Shown piece by piece: positions 54,600 to 64,000 of a stretch of 64,000 nucleotides of DNA; position 1 is the stretch's first letter; each line of letters starts with the position of its first letter. The position numbers and the translations under genes were made by a program. The notes beneath the pieces were generated by a model. That model ran no database searches and was not told the origin of the DNA. It saw nothing but the letters and a program-made list of their open reading frames with translations. This stretch comes from Octopus vulgaris (lineage: Eukaryota), in the NCBI GenBank assembly GCA_951406725.2, contig OX597821.1, forward strand, positions 112,716,001 to 112,780,000, in the 5' to 3' direction.

Positions 54600-56143
54600 C
54601 AGTAGTTTTATTTTTATTTTTATAGCGTGCTTTCACTTCACTACCGAGCACAGCTCTGTGTGCCTTGGGTATGTGCTGTGATTTGTTGTGATGCTCTGAT
54701 GGTTATTGTATGGAAAGTGTTCTGCGTAGGATGTGTGCAGTGCCCAGTAGTGCAATTTTCTGTATGTTATATGTGTTTGTAAGTCCTGGTGTTTTTGTTA
54801 TGTATTTGTCTGAATATTTTTTTATCATGCCTAATGCACCTACTATGATAGGAATTGTTTCTGTTTTCAGATTCCACATTCTAGTTACCTCTATTTCCAG
54901 GTCTTTGTATTTTGAGAGTTTCTCCATTTCTTTTAGAGACACGTTGTCATCTGCCGGTACTGATACATCAATTAGAAAGCATTTTTTTTCTTCATGGTCT
55001 CTGACAACTATATCTGGTCTGTTGGCCTTAATTTCTCTATCTGTGTGTATCGGCATATCCCAGAGTATGGTTGCTTTCTCGTTTTCTGTGACCTTTTCTG
55101 GTGTGTGCCTATACCATCTTTTTTCTGTTGTTATTCCATAATGTTGGCATAGCTTCCAATGTATGTAAGTTCCAACTCTGTCATGTCTGTGAATATATTC
55201 CTTCTTAGCCAGGACTGGGCAGCTAGAGATAATATGATTTATTGTTTCTTGTCCATCTCCACATATTCTGCAGTTACTTGTAATATTTCTTTTCATTACA
55301 TGTTTTTGGTAATTTCTGGTGGGGAGGCTTTGGTCTTGTGCTGCAATTAAAAATCCCTCTGTTTCTGCTTTGAGTCCTGAGCTTCTCAACCATTGCTGGG
55401 ATTTTTCTTTGTCTATTTCTTTTGCGTTTAGTTTAGTCCAGTATTTACCATGAAGGGGCTTTTCTTGCCATCGTTTTATCATGGTTCTTTGCTGTTCTAT
55501 TTTTAGTTTGGATTTCATTTTTTTTATAGCTTTTGTTGTTTCTTCATCTTCTTCTTCTTCTTCATGTTTATTAGGTGGTATGATTTCTTGTTTGTATTTG
55601 TCAGCTTCCTTAAATACTGAGAACAGTTTTTTGTTTTGCTCGTGTTTTGCCGCTATCTGGATCAGTTTTCCTTCCTTCTGAAGTAGATATTTTTGCAGTC
55701 CTATGGTGGTTATTTTATAGTAGTTTTCCAGCTGTATAAGGCCTCTACCACCTTCTATACGTTGTATATATAGTCTTTCTATGTCAGATTTTGGGTGATG
55801 CATCCTAGATCCTGTCATTATTTTTCTTGTTTTCCTGTCTATTTTGGTCAGTTCATTTCGTGTCCAGTTAAGGATATTGTAGCTGTAACTTATAACTGGG
55901 ACAGCTAAAGTGTTGATACCTATTATCTTGTTTTTAGCATTGAGCTCTGTGTTTAGTATTGATCTAACTCGTCTATAATATTCTTTTTTTTATTTTCTCT
56001 TTCATTTGTGTGTGTTGTGTCTTATCTAGTTCATGGATTCCTAAGTATTTGTAAGTTTGGCTTTGGTCTAATTCTTTTATTTCATTTGCTTCATCTAGTG
56101 TGATGTTGTTACTCTTAACTAGTTTTCCTCTTTTCATGGTTAC

Positions 56144-56146
<3 letters not shown>
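54600..56146 (-). mobile_element. 5'-truncated R4/Dong-like retrotransposon, family A copy 3
   Basis: Near-identical to 10790-12330. (ATT)n on both sides. One frameshift in an A-run near 55984-55991. Confidence 0.95.
54703..55818 (-). CDS. Open C-terminal part of the retrotransposon ORF: thumb/linker, CCHC zinc knuckle, PD-(D/E)xK restriction-like endonuclease (fragment, not an independent gene)
   Basis: 371-aa frame with GGRGL, CRICGDGQETINHIISSC, RHD, RPDIVV...LIDVS...EKLSKY. Confidence 0.85.
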   Translation of the reverse strand: MTGSRMHHPKSDIERLYIQRIEGGRGLIQLENYYKITTIGLQKYLLQKEGKLIQIAAKHEQNKKLFSVFKEADKYKQEIIPPNKHEEEEEDEETTKAIKKMKSKLKIEQQRTMIKRWQEKPLHGKYWTKLNAKEIDKEKSQQWLRSSGLKAETEGFLIAAQDQSLPTRNYQKHVMKRNITSNCRICGDGQETINHIISSCPVLAKKEYIHRHDRVGTYIHWKLCQHYGITTEKRWYRHTPEKVTENEKATILWDMPIHTDREIKANRPDIVVRDHEEKKCFLIDVSVPADDNVSLKEMEKLSKYKDLEIEVTRMWNLKTETIPIIVGALGMIKKYSDKYITKTPGLTNTYNIQKIALLGTAHILRRTLSIQ

Positions 56147-56214
<68 letters not shown>

Positions 56215-56228
56215 CATTATTATTATTA

Positions 56229-56286
<58 letters not shown>

Positions 56287-56748
56287 GTAAAGCGTTGTAC
56301 TGGCAGAATCGTTAGCACGCTGGGCGAAATGCTTAGCAGTATTTCGTCTATCGCTAAGTTCTGAGTTCAAATTCCGCCGAGGTCGACTTTGCCTTTCATC
56401 TTTTCGAGTTCAATAAAGTAAGTACCAGTCAAATACTGGGGTCGATGTAATAAACCTATCTGCTCCCTCGATCTTGCGGGCCTTTTGCGAAAATTTGGAA
56501 CTAAATGCTGTGAGCTAGCAGAGGTGTCAGCGCGTCGAAAAAATGCTTAGTTTATAGGCATATATTCTGGCTATCTTTACGTTCTTGGCTCAAATTTCAC
56601 CCACGTCAACTTTGCCTTTCATACTTCCGAAGTCCCTAAAATAAGAACCAGTCAATTAATGGGGGTTGATGTAATCGACTTACCTTTCCCCTCAAAACTG
56701 CGGGCCCTGAGCCAGAATTTGTAATCATTATTATTTTACTTGCTTACT

Positions 56749-56848
<100 letters not shown>

Positions 56849-57299
56849 CTAGTAGTAGTAGTAGTTATAGTAGTAGTAGTAGTAGTAGCGGTCATCACTG
56901 CTGACGAAGTAGATGTGTTTAAGTCTCTTCGACGGTTATTATTTACTAGATGAAATAGTTAACCCCACCCACCCCACAATACTTCCATACAGATAACTTA
57001 ATACATTTCGGAGTCCTCTCTTACAGAGGCCAACAAAAGCAAAAAGAAAAAATAAATAAAATAAAGTTTGCATTTTAGGTTTTTTTTAGACAAAATATTT
57101 TTTCCTCTTACGTCACCGACAAAAAAATATGGCCGAGAATATTTCACGTCGCGCTTCTCAAAAGAACGCTGAATTATATAAAATAAGCCATTTTCTCGGA
57201 GAAAATGAAAAAAAAAAAATTAGAGAAAGCAAGTTAAATTATTAACATCCACGGATACAAAGAAAACACAGACATCAACCGAGTGTAAGCCTTGAATCT

Positions 57300-57574
57300 C
57301 ATTATCATCATCATCATCATCATCATCACCACCACCACCACCACCACCGCCACCATCGTCACCATCGTCATCATCGTCGTCACCATCGTACTCAACATCG
57401 TCATCATCATCGTCACCATCGTCATCGTCACCATCATCATCGTCATCATCGTCATCATCGTCATCGTAATCGTCATCATCGTCATCGTCATCGTCATTAT
57501 CGTCATCGTCATTATCGTCATCGTCATCGTCATCATCACCATCGTCATCGTCGTCGTTGTCATCATCACCATCG

Positions 57575-57631
<57 letters not shown>

Positions 57632-57660
57632 CCATCATCACCATCATCAACAACAACAAC
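57300..57660. repeat. (ATC/GTC/ACC)n trinucleotide array
   Basis: Direct observation. Confidence 0.97.
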
Positions 57661-58104
57661 GGTGTTCATATTCGTATCATTTCGGGTGTAAACACAACAA
57701 AGAATTGATTTATGTTACTGATTTGTCCATCCAGGAAAATCCTTGATAGGAAGCATTTTCCTGAAAGATCGAAAACATTGAGAACATTGTGAGCGCCGAA
57801 CTGAAGTCAATGTTTCACATCCCAGAACGCAAGCAGCCGAAAGAAGTACACTAAACATTTGGTCCGTTGTTGTTGTTGAAGTTGTTGTTGTTAGGCGGTT
57901 AGCTGGTAAAATCATGTTCAAATTTCTCCGAAGTCACCTCTGCCTTTCGTTCTTTCGGAAGTTATGAAGTAACGTACCAGTCATGTACGGGGGCGGGATT
58001 GATGTAAACCGAGCTCCCCCCCTCTTTCAAAGTTGCTACCCTAGAGCCAAAATTAGAAAGAATCATTATTATTTTACTTACTACTACTACTACTACTACT
58101 ACTG

Positions 58105-58158
<54 letters not shown>

Positions 58159-58461
58159 AGAGGCTCGTGAGAGGAGAGAAATAACATACCTCTGTATTGA
58201 CACAACATGGTTCTTTTTTTTTATCCTATCAAACCTAGAATTGAAGAAAGTCTTGGTAGACATTTTAAGTTGGCGTCTTCCATATTCTCATTTCAGTTTC
58301 TACGAAGGTCAATCTTACCTTTCATCCTTTGGTATCGATTATAAAAAAAAGGGCCAAGCAAACACTGGGATCGATACAATCAATGAATCTCATCTCCGCT
58401 CGCTCAGATGTCAGACTATGTGTTAAGTTACAAATTATTCTCATTATTATTTGCGTTGTTG

Positions 58462-58864
58462 AAGGCGGTGAACTGGCAGAATCGTTAGCACGCCGGGCGA
58501 AATGCTTAGCGGTATTTCGTTTGCCGCTACATTTTGAGTTCAAATTCCGCCGAGGTCGACTTTGCCTTTCATCCTTTCGGGGTCGATAAATTAAGTACCA
58601 GTTACGCACTGGGGTCGATATAATCGACTTAATACCTATGTCTGTCCATGTTTGTCCCCTCTATATTTAGCCCCTTGTGGGTAATAAAGAAATAGGTATT
58701 TCGTTTGCCGCTACATTTTAAGTTCAAATTCCGCTGAGTTCGACTTTGCCTTTCATACTTTCGGGGTCGATAAATTAAGTACCAGTAAAACAGTGAGGTC
58801 GATGTAATCGACTGGTCCTCTCTCCCCAAAATTTCAAGGCCTTGTGCCTTCGGTTGAACGGATT
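58462..58864 (+). mobile_element. SINE dimer (type I tail unit inside a type II copy), 184-bp period
   Basis: Junction aaagaaata|ggtatttcg at 58694/58695. Confidence 0.9.
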
Positions 58865-59343
58865 ATTATTTGCATTGATGGTTTGAGAGAATCTTTAGTG
58901 TCGAACAAAATACGCTGGGAGTTCAACCACTGCTGAGGTTGACTTTGCCTTTCATCTTTTAGGGGCCTGTAAAATAAGTACCAGTTGTACACTGGGGTCG
59001 ATGTTATCGACAAGCCCCTTCCACACAAAAACTGCTGGCCTTGTGTAAAAATTTGAAGCCATTATTATTATTGCTGTTGTTAAAGCGCTGGGATGGCAGA
59101 ATTGTTAGCGAGCTGGACGAAATGCTTAGCGGCATTTCGTCTGTCATTACGTTCTGGGTTGAAATTCCGCCGAGGTCAACTTTGCCTTTCATCCTTTTGG
59201 GGTGACTAAATTAAACACCGGTCAAGTAGTTGGGTCGATGTGATCCACTTACCTCCTCCCAACAAATTTAAGGCTTTGTATCTTTAGTAGAAAGGATTGT
59301 TGTCGTTGTTGTTGTCATTATTATTATTATTATTATTATTATT

Positions 59344-59833
59344 GAGTGAGAGAGCAGTTCATGCCATCAAAGTGACACCGGGGTAAAATATACGAAGCCC
59401 AATATACCCATCATGACTACCCGTCTGATAAAGGTACACCAGGCACATGCATCACAACCATATGTGCGCGACATGGTGATCTCATATCAAGATAAACAGC
59501 ACATGACCTTGCAGGTGTGGTCCAGTTAGAATTTTCTTCAGGTCGAGTAGCCCATCCCGCTCAAACGGTCCCTGAATAAGGGTTGTTTAAGGATGTTGAA
59601 AGAACCATCCATGTTTCCAGAGGTGAACTATTCAAACCCCAAAGAATCCCTCTCAACACATGGCTATGATGCTCCCCCACTACTTCTGTTCGTGATCAGA
59701 GATGCACATATCGTCAGCCACCAAGGGACATGCTCAACTGGTTAAGGTCAAACAACTGACAAGCAAATCTGTGGTATTGAGCAGAATATTTGCTGTAGCC
59801 CATCTTTTATACCAAGACAAAACACTGTACATG
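59344..59833 (-). mobile_element. 490-bp non-coding interspersed element inserted in (ATT)n
   Basis: Sharp boundaries with (ATT)n on both sides. Minus-strand 3' end ctctctcactc(aat)n. Second partial copy at 50391-50513. Confidence 0.8.
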
Positions 59834-59904
<71 letters not shown>

Positions 59905-60154
59905 GCGATGAGTTGGCAGAATCTTAGCGGTATTTCAGGTTTTGTGTCCTTTGTAGAAAGGGTTATTTTTTTATTCTTTCATTCTCTTATTTGTTTCAGC
60001 CATGTGACTGCGGCCATGCTGGACCACCGCCTATTCATTCATTTATTATTTTTCAAGAGAAGTGTGTTGTGTACTATTTTCTGTTACACTGCAAAGCGAA
60101 TGACAAAAAAAAAAAGGGCAAAATTCTTCCTTCGCTTCATATTTTTATGTATTT

Positions 60155-60306
<152 letters not shown>

Positions 60307-60320
60307 CATTATTATTATCA

Positions 60321-60370
<50 letters not shown>

Positions 60371-60560
60371 TGTCAAAGTGATATGCTAACGAAGAAGTGG
60401 ATGTGACATAACTTTCATTGGCACTAGAAATGAAAAAGAGACAAAAAATATTTAAAATGATTTTAACTAAAAAGAATGAACTCAAAGCTCACACAACAGG
60501 CATACACAAGCATATACATACATACATACATACATACATACATACATACATACATACATT

Positions 60561-60617
<57 letters not shown>

Positions 60618-61033
60618 TCATAAATGCACATCCGCACACAAATACACACATACATGCACACGTAAGCATAAGCACACACACACAAACACGCATACGCACA
60701 CATACACATATACATACACACACATTTATTCACACATATACACCTAGGCATAGGCACACATCTGTGTGAGATGGCAGCAGTAAAAAGATTGCTAGGCTTT
60801 GACGATTCTTTGAATATTTGAAGCTAATTGAATGAAAGTTGGATACCACAGAAATGATAACAATAATAATAAACTAATAATAATAATAATGATGATAATA
60901 ATAAATGAATAAATAAATAAATTCAACACAAAAGAAAGAACGAACAAAAATTAGAAAAACAACATGAGGACCGATTCATAAAATGGTGTTGAGAAAATGC
61001 ATGTAAAACATGTGTGTATGTACTCATATATAT

Positions 61034-61079
<46 letters not shown>

Positions 61080-61141
61080 ACATACAAATTCATACATATA
61101 CATATACAGACATACATCTATATACGTACATATATACATAC

Positions 61142-61225
<84 letters not shown>

Positions 61226-61342
61226 GCATATTTTTATGTTTATAAATGTTGCTTTGCTTCTATGATGTATGTGTGCATGCATCTATCGTTGTATTTATGT
61301 GTGTTCATGTATGTATGTTTGCATATAAATGTTTGTGTATAT

Positions 61343-61399
<57 letters not shown>

Positions 61400-61485
61400 C
61401 ATATATATACACATGCATACATATATATAAACACACACATATATATATATATATATATACATATGCATACATATACATACATACA

Positions 61486-61521
<36 letters not shown>

Positions 61522-61889
61522 TATATATAAGCTCACATATATATATTTACATATATAATACATACATACATATACATACATACATATATATATACATTTG
61601 TGTGTGTGTGTACGTATGTATATAAATGATGTGTTCATGTATGTGTGTGTGTATCTATGTATATGTGTGTGCATACGACCTCAGCTTTCGTTTCCTTGCC
61701 TGTTTTGTAATAAGTGTTAGCAGCCTAACTTCTTCAAATCACGCCTCGACATATCGTATCGAGTCTGCACACATTAGAAAATCACACCTACATAATCGTA
61801 AATATATGGTAAGTTTACGAGTGGAAGGATGTTGGCCACAAGTCCTACAGGATCATTTTTGATCTGGCTATAAAGGGTGAATAGGTGAT

Positions 61890-63400
61890 AACTTAATCAT
61901 GTTTGAAAAAACAGAGGGGAACCTTTTTCGTTATGTGTTCGTGAAGAAATTTCGTTGAAATTGAGAAATATGGCGAAATGATGGCAGAGAAGTTTAAGTG
62001 AAAGAATAAGGCGAGAAACGAGTAATAGTAGGCATTAAAAGATGAAGGAAACGGTGACTGCATGATGTAAACGATGCGATAGATATTAGCGACAAGGGTA
62101 ATATTGATGCCGAGGAGTGATATATATCCCCCACTTGAATGTGGATATAATGTTAGAACAAACTTAACTGCGATGTGTAAATAACAATGAAGGAAGCCAA
62201 GGTAAACCAAGAACGGAGTAACGACTGGATGATGGGATGAGATGCAGAATAAAGAATGGTGGAAATTTAGACAAACAGAAGAAATGGTAGTAGACATAAA
62301 AGGAAATTATGAAGAACTGATAGATTTGGTCAAATAAGAAGGGATATAAAGGCTTATAAAAGATGAAGGAAATGGTGTCTGAATGATGTAAACTATGTGA
62401 TAGATGAGTAAAGAGTGACGGAGAAGTTTAGGTAAAAGCAAGAAGGGAGTGATTGTAGATATACAAGAAAATAATGGCGGAATGTAATGAAGGAAAAAGA
62501 ATGACGAAGAATTTTGAATGAAACAAGAAGGAATAAAAAGTTTATAAATGACAAAGAAAACGATGACGATATGAAATAAATGGTGTGTTTTGAGGAATAA
62601 AGAATGATGAAGAATTTCGATTGAAACAAAAAAATGAAATGATAGCAGATATAAAAGACGTAGAAAAATAACCAGGAAGGGATAATGTAAACATTTGATA
62701 ATTGAATAAAGAAAGTTCTGGAGATGCGAAATAATACAAGAAGAGAATAGAGAGTTGAGAATAGAATGACTGAGCCAATATTATCAAGAGAATTACAATA
62801 GAAGAGTTTATAACACAATAGGATTAGATAAGATTAGAGTAGTTGATTTCGCAAATATTACGTGAATGGGGGAGATTAAAACCTGCGAGCTGGAAGAGTA
62901 GGGAAATGGCAGTCTTAAAAATAAAGGTGTTACAAGGCGAAAAGTGAAGCAATTTGATTGCCGAGTAAAATTGAAATAAAATCTGTAATAATAGACAGGG
63001 AAAAAATATTTTAAAAAATATAGAAAGAAAGCTATTATGTAACTACAAGAAAAGAATGGAGGCACTAAGAATAAGATGAGAATGGAATAAATTATATTGC
63101 GGATTAAATTTATTTTTATTTGTTTCTTTATTTTGGATTGTTGTTTTCGCTCGCGATTACAGACTAGAATATGTTTCTTAAAGTCTAAGAGTAAGGGAAG
63201 GGTGTGCAATAAAGGTTAATAAAGGGTAAGGGATTAGGGGCCTATGAATAATGAACAGTGACTAATAAGATACAACTCTGAAAAAGGGGGGAGTGGCCTT
63301 AACGAATAAGAAGGGGTTTATTGAAACAAAAATGTGTTAGTAAGACAGTACTGGGGTGGAGGGGTAAGGATAAGGGTCTGGAGATAAATGAAACTCGTGA
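61890..63400 (+). other. Purine-rich non-microsatellite segment with an internal 49-bp direct repeat; possibly a decayed coding element
   Basis: 62036-62084 vs 62357-62405: 5 mismatches. Strong A/G strand bias. No long plus-strand ORF. Confidence 0.35.
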
Positions 63401-64000
63401 ACGGAATCCTTATTTCGAAAGACAACGATCCACAGGATCAATTTTCTTCTCGCGTTTGCGTGAAATTAAACAAATGCAGAGTAAACTTCATATGAATAAA
63501 GCACTGATGTCTCCCTTCTTTGTTGGAATTGAGAGTCAGCCCTACAAACTAATGAAATGCATTTGTACAAAGAACGCCATCGCCGCTGACACTAGCAATT
63601 TATAATTTAGCCTGAGATACAGGCTAAAGTCGTTCATCTTGTCTTTGCCAAGATACGAAACATTTAACATTACACTTTTAGCTGCTTACCTATCACCCGG
63701 TCAGTTCAACCACAGCCTTCATTAAGCACAAAGAAAACGTGAGTTATATTGGTTTCAAAATTTGGCACAAGACCAGCAATTTCAAGGGATTACACCGACC
63801 TCAGTGCCAGACTGGTACCTATTTTATCAACCCGGAAAGGATGAAAGGCAATGTCGACCTCGGTGGAATTTGAACTCAGAAATTCTGCGTGTTAACGATT
63901 CTGCTCACTCGCTTTATTAAAGTACAAGGCCAGCAAATACAGGGGACGGCGTGTGTTGATTACATTGACCCTCAATGTTCAACTGGTACTTCTTTTATCA

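Noticed and set aside
54710-55681. Antisense ORFs over the Dong copies (also 833-1120 and 11253-12226)
   Set aside because: Shadow frames of the retrotransposon ORF, repeated only because the copies are near-identical.

Overview
AT-rich eukaryotic DNA made almost entirely of microsatellites and transposable elements. The SINE families and repeat composition suggest a coleoid cephalopod (Octopus-like); this is inference from remembered repeat sequences, not a search. No complete host gene is recognisable, and almost all ORFs in the track are microsatellite artefacts. Supported content: (1) at least six fragments, from three families, of restriction-like-endonuclease (R4/Dong-type) non-LTR retrotransposons, five with (TAA)n junctions; (2) about 30 copies of one tRNA-headed SINE superfamily, plus CORE-type SINEs with swapped modules; (3) several MITEs (Tc1/mariner, pogo/Tigger-like, and an 8-bp-TSD element carrying telomere-type repeats); (4) fossil Penelope, CR1-like and RTE-like fragments; (5) about nine minimal type I hammerhead-ribozyme motifs in short Penelope-pLTR-like islands between microsatellites. 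The most interesting signals are a tRNA-headed (Pol III) element with a hammerhead-bearing tail at 47.7-48.0 kb, a hammerhead with a compensatory G3-C8 core swap, and SINEs apparently inserted by homology into other SINEs. Two or three possible host exons lie on the minus strand. All alignments and folds were done by eye.
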